A program made the position numbers and the translations under genes. A model generated the notes under the pieces. The model did not search any database, was not told where the DNA came from, and was given only the letters and a program-made list of their open reading frames with translations. This document shows, piece after piece, positions 18,204 through 27,696 of a DNA stretch of 64,000 bases; the stretch's first letter is position 1, and each line of letters opens with the position of its first letter. This DNA is from Segatella copri (GTDB taxonomy: Bacteria > Bacteroidota > Bacteroidia > Bacteroidales > Bacteroidaceae), in assembly GCA_021628325.1 (NCBI GenBank), contig JAJXAL010000006.1, forward strand, positions 37 to 64,036, read 5' to 3'.

Positions 18204-18362
18204 TCCCCCCTACCTACTTTCACAAGCGGGTTAGGAGGGACAGTAATATAACTTTTCTATCTAACCAGCATTCATAAAAATGCTTGATATATAAAAACTT
18301 CTGCTTTCCGCTTCACAGCGTAGAGCTGGTTATAAGTAAATGTACTATAGGCCGCTGCCTAG
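18204..18362 (-). ncRNA. Candidate structured RNA element, copy 2
   Basis: Homologous to 12937-13098 with stems preserved despite substitutions. Confidence 0.45.
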
Positions 18363-18726
18363 AAAAACAATTTAAACTATAATTACCTATTAAAGGTTCT
18401 GTCTATTTCTATATCTGGATTTATATATTGTTCCGGTCGTAACAACCGTAAATTTCTTTCTTATTTAATGTTTTGCAAATCCGTTATACCGGATATTTAC
18501 AAGTGTACGAATCCTCCCGTTGTCAGACCACCATCCGTAGGGGGGCGGCTCAACAAAAGTTATTTTTGAAATGATGATTAACAGCATCTCGCTTTCGGAA
18601 CAGACTGTTCAGGTAACTAGTATGCAGTAAACCAGATAGTTGATAAAACAATAGGAGAGCCCGTCTCTAAAACGAGGCTAAAACTCTCCTATCTGATCAT
18701 GAATGATTCTTATTACTTACTACTTC

Positions 18727-19887
18727 TTACATATTGATATCGCCTGTGAAGCCATTTCCCCATGTTGCAACTTCTACTTTGAAGAAGATAGCCTTGCCGA
18801 AGATATTTGCACCTGGCTCTGGGTCTTTGCCACCTGGGTCTACAACACCACCTCCATCAGGATTAGGGGTTACAGGATCTACCTTACCGCAACCATCGGT
18901 GAGATTGAGGGTATAGATATACTTGTTACCCATCTCCCATACTGCCTTGGAATTGCCTGCAGCAGCAGGAACCGGTACAGCTACCCAACCGTAATCTTTA
19001 TCGGTAGAAGCTGCACGTGGGTACATATATTTACCATCGTTTGTATATTTCACATTGATCAGGAGGGCAATATAAGCACCCTGATCATAAGGAGCATTTT
19101 GTGAAACTACCGCACCATTCCATGGAGAAAGTTTCTGAGGAACAATCATAGCACCAGTATTCTCTGGAGTCAGAAAAGCTTCTGTCTGCCCTGTAGTAAC
19201 GAGTTTGATAGGACTATCGAAGAGCATCTGATAGGTAACCTTGCCTTCTGTCTGCTCTTGCCAAGTACCCTTACGAGTTTCAGTATTAAAGCTGAAAGAA
19301 CCCTTGCTGTCAGCATTTACAATGCGAATACCTGCGATATGATAGGTAAGGTTCGGGTTGGTATTCTTAACCTTGAACTGGAGCTGTGAAAGGATATGCT
19401 GGAAGTTCATTTTTACACCACTGTTTGCATCTGCATCAGCTTTACCCTTAACAGCATCGATAATCAAATCCTTCTGGTCTGCAATAGCTGTTGGTATCTG
19501 TGCTGAATAGGTTACCTCACCAGCAGCGATATTAAGTGTACCCTTCCAATCATCCTTAGCTGGGTGAATACCGATGAATTTATAGCTCTTACCAGACTGC
19601 CAATACCATGGGCGAGTTGGAATAAATTGAGGATCTTGAGCATCTGCTGTTTTGCTGAATTTCTCGTCAGCAAAATACTCTATTGGAGCGTCTGCCTTAG
19701 TAATGTCATAACCTGTTACCCACATATCTTGGAGATTCTGGGTTGTTGTTTCTGCACCACGGCTGTTCTTGCCAACCTTGGCAGTAAAAGAAATCTGTGA
19801 ACTCTTCGCAACATCTGTCGTCTCATCTGAAGAGCATGATGCCATTGTGATGGCAGCGGCTGCCATCATAAAAATCGCTTTATTCAT
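18727..19887 (-). CDS. Fimbrillin-family lipoprotein (Mfa-like)
   Basis: Lipobox MASC, NSRG site, QKDLI, FQHILSQLQF, WEMGNKYIYTL. Confidence 0.85.
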   Translation of the reverse strand: MNKAIFMMAAAAITMASCSSDETTDVAKSSQISFTAKVGKNSRGAETTTQNLQDMWVTGYDITKADAPIEYFADEKFSKTADAQDPQFIPTRPWYWQSGKSYKFIGIHPAKDDWKGTLNIAAGEVTYSAQIPTAIADQKDLIIDAVKGKADADANSGVKMNFQHILSQLQFKVKNTNPNLTYHIAGIRIVNADSKGSFSFNTETRKGTWQEQTEGKVTYQMLFDSPIKLVTTGQTEAFLTPENTGAMIVPQKLSPWNGAVVSQNAPYDQGAYIALLINVKYTNDGKYMYPRAASTDKDYGWVAVPVPAAAGNSKAVWEMGNKYIYTLNLTDGCGKVDPVTPNPDGGGVVDPGGKDPEPGANIFGKAIFFKVEVATWGNGFTGDINM

Positions 19888-19992
19888 AACTTTATTAATT
19901 AATTAAAAATGTTAAATTATTTGTTTATAAAATGATAGAATTTACATTCAGTCCTATATCTGTGTATAGTAAAGAATGGTTATGAAACAACT

Positions 19993-20991
19993 TTACATCG
20001 GAATATTGATATGAATCTCGTTCCATTTGCCTACATTTGGTGCCAATCCACTACCATTATCAGGAACCGGCTTCGGCAACGGGAGATTTTCTATCTCAAC
20101 CTTGATATGAGTCTCGTCCTGATGTTCAGGGTCGTGAATCTGGTCGGTAACATCCTTCTCATAATTCCAATGACTACCATCCTTGAGCTCTGCATAGATC
20201 ATGAGTTTATGCTTGACAGGCTGGTTAGGACAATGACCGAAAAGACTTAAATTGCCGGAAAGAGTAGTCTGGTCTGCATTTCCTGTAAGATTGAACGGAA
20301 TGGTAACCTTAGCTTCCGACAATTTGTCGAGACCAGCCAGCCATCCACCCGCTATACCAGAAATGGTAGCTCTCAACGTCTTTACACCATGCAGATTCTG
20401 TACATTCTTGATTTCTACCGAGCATTGGTTTACTCTCGCCTTCGGTTTCATGGTGATCAATGTCTTCTCACCACGTTCCTTTACCACAACACGCTCAACA
20501 TGAGCACTCCAGAGCATTTCAGGTTCCAGCATCCAAGGCTCGTTCTCAGCATCTGTAGCACGAGGTGCCGACTGCGCCATGGTAGAAAGGAAGCCCTGCA
20601 ACTCGCGGGTATGAGCCGAAGTAACCTCGAAGGTTTCAAACTTGTCCATACCTTTTATAAGATGCGTCTCCTTATCGCTGTTTACGCAGAGAACATTGTA
20701 AACGCCAGGAGCTACTGAGATATAACCGCCTTGGAGACTGGTCAACTCATAACTCTTAGGAGCACCACCATCTACCGGATAGAGATAGACACTCATGGAA
20801 GCCGGATTGGCATCGGGAGCCTCGCTCCAGTCGAAAGCCACCTCTACATTCTGCTGATGCGGATGGTCATAACACAATTCCTTATGTTCACAGGATGAAA
20901 ACACCTGAGCGGCAAGCAACAGGAACACCGCAGCTACCAGCATCTTAAGGAACGCATAAGCTAATTGTCTGTAATGATACATTGCTGTCAT
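19993..20991 (-). CDS. DUF5119-family lipoprotein (pilus associated)
   Basis: SCEHKELCYDHPH..V.V.FDW..AP.ANP..M..YLYP signature. Confidence 0.85.
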   Translation of the reverse strand: MTAMYHYRQLAYAFLKMLVAAVFLLLAAQVFSSCEHKELCYDHPHQQNVEVAFDWSEAPDANPASMSVYLYPVDGGAPKSYELTSLQGGYISVAPGVYNVLCVNSDKETHLIKGMDKFETFEVTSAHTRELQGFLSTMAQSAPRATDAENEPWMLEPEMLWSAHVERVVVKERGEKTLITMKPKARVNQCSVEIKNVQNLHGVKTLRATISGIAGGWLAGLDKLSEAKVTIPFNLTGNADQTTLSGNLSLFGHCPNQPVKHKLMIYAELKDGSHWNYEKDVTDQIHDPEHQDETHIKVEIENLPLPKPVPDNGSGLAPNVGKWNEIHINIPM

Positions 20992-22232
20992 TTTGCACCT
21001 CCTTTCTTACTGTTGGTATTACCTTTTCCGATGAGCCAAACCAATGAAATTTCTGCCTGAGAAGGACCTATCCAGTTGCGGCGTCGGCTTGCCTGATATA
21101 CATAGCATCCCTCCTTCGGAAGATAGGTCTTATAATCGGTACGAATAAAACCGATACCCAATCCGAAGTCCAGATTCAAACGTTTTGCTATAGGATATGA
21201 GTAGCCGTATTCCAGACCACCCACATAGGTTGCCTTGCTCTGGAATCCCTTATTACCCTTTTCAAGATCATAGGTAAGGAACTGACCGTAGAGTCCGATA
21301 TGATGGCCCTGCAGCGGTTTTTCCTTCGCCTTAGCACCGAAATATTTGCGTACGTCGAATCCTCCGCCATAGACACGCCAATAGCGATGTCTGTCAGCGT
21401 TGCTCCACCATGCAAACATGCCTGTAGCACCAATGGTCCAGCCCTTGCCCAAACTAGCCTCTATTCCGATATTCGGAACCAGTGCGGCATCATAGAGCAG
21501 GTTGGTCTTCAGCGCCAGATATGCATTCTTGCCTGTTGATACCGGTTCAGTATCAGCAGGTTCTTGTGGTGCAGGAATTTCCGCTGGAGGTGGAACCACC
21601 TCCGGTTCAACTACTGCTGGCGGTTCCGGCTTCTCTACCTTCTGCACTTCACAAATCACTACAGCTCCAGAGCGCAGGGTATAGAAATGCTTGTCGAGCA
21701 AGTATTTCCATGCCTTACCACCATTTAAGTTTTGCAACTGTCGTTTTCTGCCGTCTACTACCTTTCCATTCTTCACAACCCATTCCGGAGTGTTCTGGAT
21801 AATGGAGAGCGCCTTGTCACGCCATGGCACATTTTCCCTGGCGATGATTTTAGCGAGTCCATCCCAGTCTTCACCTACCGATGAAACTGCATACACTCTG
21901 TCTGGCAGCATTAATGTTTGCATCAGATAATCACGCAAGCGCTCACCTCGTTTTTCCGCCACTCTCTTGTTGAATGCCGAATTTCCCTCTGGCGATGCTG
22001 CTGAAATAATTCTGATGTTCTGCAGCCTAAAGTCCGGATTGCTCTGCAAGTCTCTGATACCCTCTACCAACGCATCGAGTTTGGCTGCATTTTTGCGGTA
22101 AGAGAGATCCAGCTGGGAATAGCCTGTACGAAAGAATATCGTAGTCCTGAGGCTATCTTGCGTAGTAGCAGCGTTCGCGTTTGCCCACAATACCGTTGAC
22201 AGTAACGCAACCATCACTAACTTCTTTACCAT
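20988..22232 (-). CDS. OmpA-like + DUF3575 outer-membrane protein
   Basis: SAASPEG..N, GEDWDGL, LKTNLLYDAALVPNIGIE, WIGPSQAEISLVW. Confidence 0.85.
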   Translation of the reverse strand: MVKKLVMVALLSTVLWANANAATTQDSLRTTIFFRTGYSQLDLSYRKNAAKLDALVEGIRDLQSNPDFRLQNIRIISAASPEGNSAFNKRVAEKRGERLRDYLMQTLMLPDRVYAVSSVGEDWDGLAKIIARENVPWRDKALSIIQNTPEWVVKNGKVVDGRKRQLQNLNGGKAWKYLLDKHFYTLRSGAVVICEVQKVEKPEPPAVVEPEVVPPPAEIPAPQEPADTEPVSTGKNAYLALKTNLLYDAALVPNIGIEASLGKGWTIGATGMFAWWSNADRHRYWRVYGGGFDVRKYFGAKAKEKPLQGHHIGLYGQFLTYDLEKGNKGFQSKATYVGGLEYGYSYPIAKRLNLDFGLGIGFIRTDYKTYLPKEGCYVYQASRRRNWIGPSQAEISLVWLIGKGNTNSKKGGAK

Positions 22233-22575
22233 AAAATTAATTAATTACTATCACTCACCAGGTTTGAGGGAGCGAGTTCATAGAACTGTGTGCCTTCTCC
22301 TCAATTGCTGTTTTTTATTTTACCTAGTTTCTGAATGATTTATAAATTTTGTATTGAGTTATTTCCCTGTTCCTTATATATAATAAGACTTGGGTTCCGA
22401 CCAGTTACGGTCTGTTTCTTTCTCGCCATTATACCTTCTTTATCTAACGGCGTTTTTACTTCTTCTTTACTTCCTATTCAACTTCTTCTACATCTTCAAA
22501 ATTGCACCTCTTTGCCGGTGTCAACTTTTCCCATGTATTATTTTGGATATCGATTAACAGTGTTACGTAACTGAT

Positions 22576-22690
22576 GAAACAGTTATACGTTAACTATTGC
22601 CAAAGCTCCCGTTTACTGCCGAAACAGTTATACGTTAACTGTTGCCAAAGCTCCCGTTTACTGCCGAAACAGTTATACGTTAACTGTTGC
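22576..22690. repeat. Three tandem copies (45-bp period) of recombination site GAAACAGTTATACGTTAACTGTTGC
   Basis: Copies at 22576, 22621, 22666 with identical 20-bp linkers. Confidence 0.9.
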
Positions 22691-22889
22691 TTTGTGTGTA
22701 AAATAGACCATATAAAGTCTGATATGTACTATTAATCGCCTAAAAATGCCCAATTATTGCGATATTATTACAGAAAGAAAGAAATATTGACAAGAAAGTG
22801 TTAATTATATGTTAAAATCAGTTTGAAATGTTTGTTATTAGATAAAACTTGCTAACTTTGCAGCGTAAAAGTTAACGTATAACTGTAGC
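22666..22889. promoter_or_regulatory. Invertible promoter segment, OFF for the pilus operon as assembled
   Basis: Inverted partner 22865-22889 (17-bp perfect match AGTTAACGTATAACTGT); plus-strand TAACTTTG at 22853-22860. Confidence 0.85.
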
Positions 22890-23020
22890 GCAAAATCACT
22901 CTATTTTCTAGTTTTTCCAATTATTTATTTGGTTATACAGAAAAAACTCCCTACCTTTGTAAGCCGGATTCAATAAATCACTATAGATAATTTAAGATAT
23001 AACTAACAAAACAAAAGAAA

Positions 23021-24013
23021 ATGAAGAAAATTGGACTTTTAAACAGGATGAAGAAACTTTTTACACCATTTTTAGCAACAGAGAAAAACATCACACTCGG
23101 AGATTTCACCATGGAGTATGCTTACCGCAGACAGAAAGAAGGAGAAACGAAGAATGCCGGCAGATGCGGAACCGTGCTCAGTCTGGCTACACATCTCAAG
23201 AAAGCCGGAGTGGACAGGATTCCACTGGAAATGATCAATGTGGCACTCTGCATACAGATTATCGAATACTTCCATCAAGCCAGAGATATGCGCCGCAACG
23301 TGAAGAATCCGCAGAAACTGGCTAAGGGAACCATCATAACAAGAATAAGAACCCTGAAGGCGGTGCTGCAGGAGGCTGTGAAAATGGGCTATATGGAAAA
23401 GAATCCGATGGCGCTGGTGCCGTCAACTTATCATATCAGACCCATCAGAAATGAAAGATATGCACTAACAGAAGAGGAACTGGCAATACTGCAAGCCTCA
23501 CGATGCCATACACCGGAACTGAAAGATGCCTTCATGTTCTGCTGTCTGACCGGTCTGAGAAAAAGCGACGCACTGAGTCTGCGACCAGCCGACATACAGG
23601 AATACGACGGCACCTATTATATACATAAGGTGATGAAGAAAACCCAGACGCTACTCCACATACCGCTATCGGAAGAAGCGCTGGAGATTCTGAAACAGGA
23701 ATACGAAGACGGTGACTCTCCCTTCTTCTCCCATCTCTCGCCCTATCACCTGAACCAACATCTGAAGACATGGCTCTCGGAAAACGGTATAGACAGCAAG
23801 CCCATCACCTTCCACTCGTCGAGACACACCTGCGCTACCCTCCTGCTGAACATGCAGACCGACATGTGTACCATCTCGCATATCCTGGGCCATCACAGCA
23901 TCGCCACCACCCAACTCTATATCCACGTAACAACGCAGAAAGAAGAAACAGCCCTGCACCAGTTAGGAAAAATGCTACACCCATGCTTTACACACAGCAT
24001 GCAGCCTTGTTAA
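23021..24013 (+). CDS. Tyrosine site-specific recombinase (probable DNA invertase)
   Basis: TGLRKSD, MKKT, HSSRHT, LGHH, TQLY catalytic set; adjacent to inverted repeats. Confidence 0.92.
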   Translation: MKKIGLLNRMKKLFTPFLATEKNITLGDFTMEYAYRRQKEGETKNAGRCGTVLSLATHLKKAGVDRIPLEMINVALCIQIIEYFHQARDMRRNVKNPQKLAKGTIITRIRTLKAVLQEAVKMGYMEKNPMALVPSTYHIRPIRNERYALTEEELAILQASRCHTPELKDAFMFCCLTGLRKSDALSLRPADIQEYDGTYYIHKVMKKTQTLLHIPLSEEALEILKQEYEDGDSPFFSHLSPYHLNQHLKTWLSENGIDSKPITFHSSRHTCATLLLNMQTDMCTISHILGHHSIATTQLYIHVTTQKEETALHQLGKMLHPCFTHSMQPC

Positions 24014-24037
24014 CCGGACTTCCATAAAAACACATCA

Positions 24038-25723
24038 TCACAGCCGTATCTGCTCCTGGCATCTGTCTGCCACCTCCTTCCTATGCGTAACACAGATAAT
24101 AGTCTTATCGGCATACGAAGTAAAGAGACGGTCGAAAAGAAGTTTCTCGGTTTCGGCATCCAGCGATGAGCTGATTTCATCAAGCAACAGAATGTTACCT
24201 TCGCGCAAAAGACTGCGGGCTATGGCGATGCGCTGTGCCTGACCGCCACTCAAACGGGTGGCATGCTCTCCTATCTTCGTATCCATACCTGCCGGCAAAC
24301 TGAAAACGAAATCGGCACAGGCTACATGAAGGGCTTCGGTAAGCTGCTCATCGGTAGCCACGGGATTGGCAAGAAGAAGATTATCGCGAATGGTTCCGCT
24401 CATCAGCGTATTACCCTGCTCTATATACACGATATGCGAACGCATGCCGGTTCCTTCTGTCTCTTTGCCCAGGGCATCATACAATACTATCCTTCCGCTA
24501 TCGGGCTGGATGATACTCGACAAGAGACGCAGGATGGTGGTCTTGCCACAACCGGTTTCTCCTACTATCGCCACAGATGTGGCGGGACGGAAATCATAAG
24601 AGAAATGACTGACAACAACTTTCTTTCGCTCATCGGGATATGAATAACTCACATCCTGAAGACGGATGCCGCAAGCACGCTGCAAAGGTATAGAAGCATC
24701 TGCCTGCGAAAGAGATTCCTCCTGCTCGGTATTTTCAATCTCTACCAACCGGTCTACACTCGCTGATGCATGAATCAGCTGGGGGATCATGCCCAAGAGC
24801 GACATGATAGGACTCTGTATCTGACCCACCAACTGCAGGAAGGCGGTCATCACACCAAAGGTTATCAACCCGTTCTTGAGTTGGATGGCACCATAGACAA
24901 AGGCTCCGAAATAGCCATAACTGAAGGTGAAGGCAAGGAGCAGGCGGGATATCAACGTAAAACGGATACGACGGCGGACCAAATGATGCAAACACTGCTG
25001 CATGCTGCCTACCCTACCGGAAACCGTGCTCTCTGCCTGCAAGGTCTTGATGGTGAGTTCATGTTCTACCGTCTCCTGAATCATCATCTGTATGCTGCTC
25101 TCCTCCTCACGTATCGCCAGCGTCATCTTCTTGAGTCGGCTGCCGAGATACTTGGCACAGACTGCAACCACCGGTGTCAGTACCAGAAGGCTCCATGCCA
25201 GAATGGAATCGATAGAACGCATCAGGAAGAAGGCACCGAAGAGCTGCACCAGGGTGACTACGATTGTGGGCAGGATATCCGTAACTACCGAAGAGGCTGA
25301 TGAGAGATCGCGCTCCAAACGCTGGCTGATGTCGCCGGAAAGCATATCGGAAGCAGGCTTTCCGGAACCAGCCTCAGTCTGATGCTTAACGGCATAGAGT
25401 TTCCTGCCCAGCACAAACCGGAAAAGGCGGCTACGCATATCATTCTGGAGGATTACCTCGGTGATGCCGGAAAGATAGAATACCAGCTGGCGAAGGGCTA
25501 TCAGCAGGGCGATGACAGAAAAAAGCACGATGGTTTCGCGCAGCACATTGCCACGCCAGATCACCACATCGATGAACCGGCGACACAGCCAGACGAGCCA
25601 CAAACCTAATGCTACCTGCAGGAGACCGGCGATGATGCGCAACAGCAAACGTCCACGGACTGCAGACATCTGGCGGAAAAACCATAGTGCATACTTCCTC
25701 ATACCAGTCCCTCTTTCTGCCAC
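24038..25723 (-). CDS. ABC exporter, fused permease + ATPase
   Basis: N-terminal TM helices; GETGCGKTT, LSGGQAQR, LLLDE. Confidence 0.92.
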   Translation of the reverse strand: MAERGTGMRKYALWFFRQMSAVRGRLLLRIIAGLLQVALGLWLVWLCRRFIDVVIWRGNVLRETIVLFSVIALLIALRQLVFYLSGITEVILQNDMRSRLFRFVLGRKLYAVKHQTEAGSGKPASDMLSGDISQRLERDLSSASSVVTDILPTIVVTLVQLFGAFFLMRSIDSILAWSLLVLTPVVAVCAKYLGSRLKKMTLAIREEESSIQMMIQETVEHELTIKTLQAESTVSGRVGSMQQCLHHLVRRRIRFTLISRLLLAFTFSYGYFGAFVYGAIQLKNGLITFGVMTAFLQLVGQIQSPIMSLLGMIPQLIHASASVDRLVEIENTEQEESLSQADASIPLQRACGIRLQDVSYSYPDERKKVVVSHFSYDFRPATSVAIVGETGCGKTTILRLLSSIIQPDSGRIVLYDALGKETEGTGMRSHIVYIEQGNTLMSGTIRDNLLLANPVATDEQLTEALHVACADFVFSLPAGMDTKIGEHATRLSGGQAQRIAIARSLLREGNILLLDEISSSLDAETEKLLFDRLFTSYADKTIICVTHRKEVADRCQEQIRL

Positions 25724-25965
25724 TGGGCAATAATCGCCTCGCAGTCTTTTTCTGCCTGAGCCATGACTACATCATACTCATCGCACAGAGCCTGAGCCAA
25801 CGAAGCTACCGTAAATTCGCCCTGTTTCTCAGCCGTCTTCCAGAGAAAGGCGGCAGTTTCGTTGAGACTGATCAACTTGGTAAAGTCTACTGCCTGCATA
25901 CCTTCGGCTGTTACCACATACTCACCGCAAATTTCGCGGAGCTTGAAATCTTTCTTGATCTTCAT
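25699..25965 (-). CDS. PqqD-family protein (RiPP recognition element)
   Basis: F.LREICGEYVV..ISLNETAAFLW..L..EYDV..AEKD. Confidence 0.88.
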   Translation of the reverse strand: MKIKKDFKLREICGEYVVTAEGMQAVDFTKLISLNETAAFLWKTAEKQGEFTVASLAQALCDEYDVVMAQAEKDCEAIIAQWQKEGLV

Positions 25966-25978
25966 TGTATCTTGTTTT

Positions 25979-26482
25979 TTAGTTTTTATATGATAAACGG
26001 ATATAGAGCTTGATTATTTTAAGCAAGCCCCTACGCACAGGCCTCAACCTCTGCCATCTGTGCCAGTTTCCGAGCGCTTTCTGCGAGATGAGACTCTTGC
26101 GGCTGCCGTCGGGACAGATGACAGCATGCGCCTTCGCAATGACATCCTTGCGCAGGCAATGCTCCTTAAAACCGAGATTTCCATCGCCCGTCAGCACGAT
26201 ACGGCAATCATCTGCAGAAAAGGATGCGGGGGAAGCTGCTCCTGTAACAGGCTCTATCCCGATGATGCGATGCACCACCGGATAGCCTTCTTCTACCCTC
26301 GCCATCACAATATCGCCCACCTTCAACTCGCCTTCTACCGGATAGAATTCTACGCAATCTCTATCACCTACGATAAAGGGAAGCATGCTGGTTCCTTTGA
26401 CCGGAAACTTGACAGGACGACCTTCACGGATGAATTGCTCGAGCGCGGCTATTGCCTTATATTTTGAATCGGATGTATTCAT
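25979..26482 (-). CDS. S24/S26-family peptidase
   Basis: KGTSMLPF, GDIV, VVHRI, TGDGN. Confidence 0.85.
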   Translation of the reverse strand: MNTSDSKYKAIAALEQFIREGRPVKFPVKGTSMLPFIVGDRDCVEFYPVEGELKVGDIVMARVEEGYPVVHRIIGIEPVTGAASPASFSADDCRIVLTGDGNLGFKEHCLRKDVIAKAHAVICPDGSRKSLISQKALGNWHRWQRLRPVRRGLLKIIKLYIRLSYKN

Positions 26483-26521
26483 CTTTCTATTGTACGATTG
26501 GTTTTTACCCGACGGTTGGTT

Positions 26522-27445
26522 TTACAGACTGATGGTCTGACTGCAAAGGAGGGCTGCACCGGCATCAGGCAGACAGTCGAGCTGATAAAGCCGGGTAGCC
26601 CCAATCAGCTTCTCTATCGTTTGATGCTGGCCATCTGCAATTTCCTTCTCCCATGCCTTGCCGGAGACAGAAGTCTTGATAGACACATAAGACTCTATGA
26701 CGGTCTGTTTTCTGATTTTATTCTCTGGTGCCTGGCGCAATTGGACAATTGCCCCTATCGGATATTCCTCGTTCTTATAGCAAGGTGTCTTTCCGCTCCA
26801 AGGCGAGCCACTCACCATGGGCGTTCCTTCGTGCGATATATATACCACCGGGTTATCATCATTGAGCAATCGGGTGCCCTCGATATATTTGAGCCACAGT
26901 CCGGAATGCGTACTCTTGCCCGTTCCGCTCTTGCCCAGGAAGAGATAAGCCTTTCCATCCTTTACTATGGTAGAAGAATGAAACAGGAGTGTATCTCCGG
27001 CAGCCGAACGCATGGCATAGAGCAGCATCAGCGAGGTGTCAACGGTTGCCTTGAGGGATCCGAAAGCCGACTTCTGGCTGAAGGTGCCAGCAGGAACCAG
27101 AAGACTGGAATGCTGATAATCATGACCTGTAACCAGTATCGATTTCATATCAGTCATTGCCATCAGGAACGCCTTCTGCTTCTCTCCCAGACTACCGCTG
27201 ATAATGAGCTGTCCCTCCTCATCCTGTCTGCATTCCTCCTTGAAACCTGCCGGTTTCCTCAGTTCTTCCCCGCTTTCGTTCAAGGTAAGAGAGAAGGAGG
27301 TCAGGGCAGCAGATGCGACCTGTTCATCGCATTCAAACGCCTGATAAGCCTCCAGTAAAACAGCCATCATCTCCTGAGAGGAATCAGGATAAGAAAGGCT
27401 GAACCCGACATGGGCTACCTGATAATGCTTTATAATAGATTCCAT
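26522..27445 (-). CDS. HPr-kinase/PEPCK-like P-loop kinase
   Basis: LFHSS, FLGKSGTGKSTH, LNDD, GSPWSGK. Confidence 0.8.
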   Translation of the reverse strand: MESIIKHYQVAHVGFSLSYPDSSQEMMAVLLEAYQAFECDEQVASAALTSFSLTLNESGEELRKPAGFKEECRQDEEGQLIISGSLGEKQKAFLMAMTDMKSILVTGHDYQHSSLLVPAGTFSQKSAFGSLKATVDTSLMLLYAMRSAAGDTLLFHSSTIVKDGKAYLFLGKSGTGKSTHSGLWLKYIEGTRLLNDDNPVVYISHEGTPMVSGSPWSGKTPCYKNEEYPIGAIVQLRQAPENKIRKQTVIESYVSIKTSVSGKAWEKEIADGQHQTIEKLIGATRLYQLDCLPDAGAALLCSQTISL

Positions 27446-27630
27446 TATTCTGTAATTTCATTTATGCTCCCTATAAGGAACGGTTCAAGTTTTTCATTAC
27501 TGCAACAAAGGCTCAGAGGCCTCATTGTCTGCAATTTCGCAACAAAAATACGATTTTTATCTGAGAAAGCCAAATCTTTCTCTATCTTTCTTCAAATTAC
27601 TGAAGTTTTGCAGATGGAAATCGGCGCACA

Positions 27631-27677
27631 AAAAAAAAGAGATGAAGCTAAATCTACGTTGCTCCATCTCTTTTTTA
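27631..27677 (-). terminator. Intrinsic terminator after glmM
   Basis: AAAAAGAGATG..CATCTCTTTTT stem with T-run on minus strand. Confidence 0.75.
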
Positions 27678-27696
27678 TGATTTTATATTCTGTATC

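Noticed and set aside
22576..22690. CRISPR-like array (palindromic repeat x3)
   Set aside because: The 20-bp linkers are identical, no cas genes are present, and the repeat matches an inverted partner beside a tyrosine recombinase
24038..27445. Lasso peptide cluster
   Set aside because: No asparagine-synthetase-like cyclase or transglutaminase-like B2 protease
27445..27525. 26-aa minus-strand ORF (MRPLSLCCSNEKLEPFLIGSINEITE) as RiPP precursor
   Set aside because: Its stop overlaps the kinase start, but it has no recognisable RRE-binding leader; cannot be supported without conservation data
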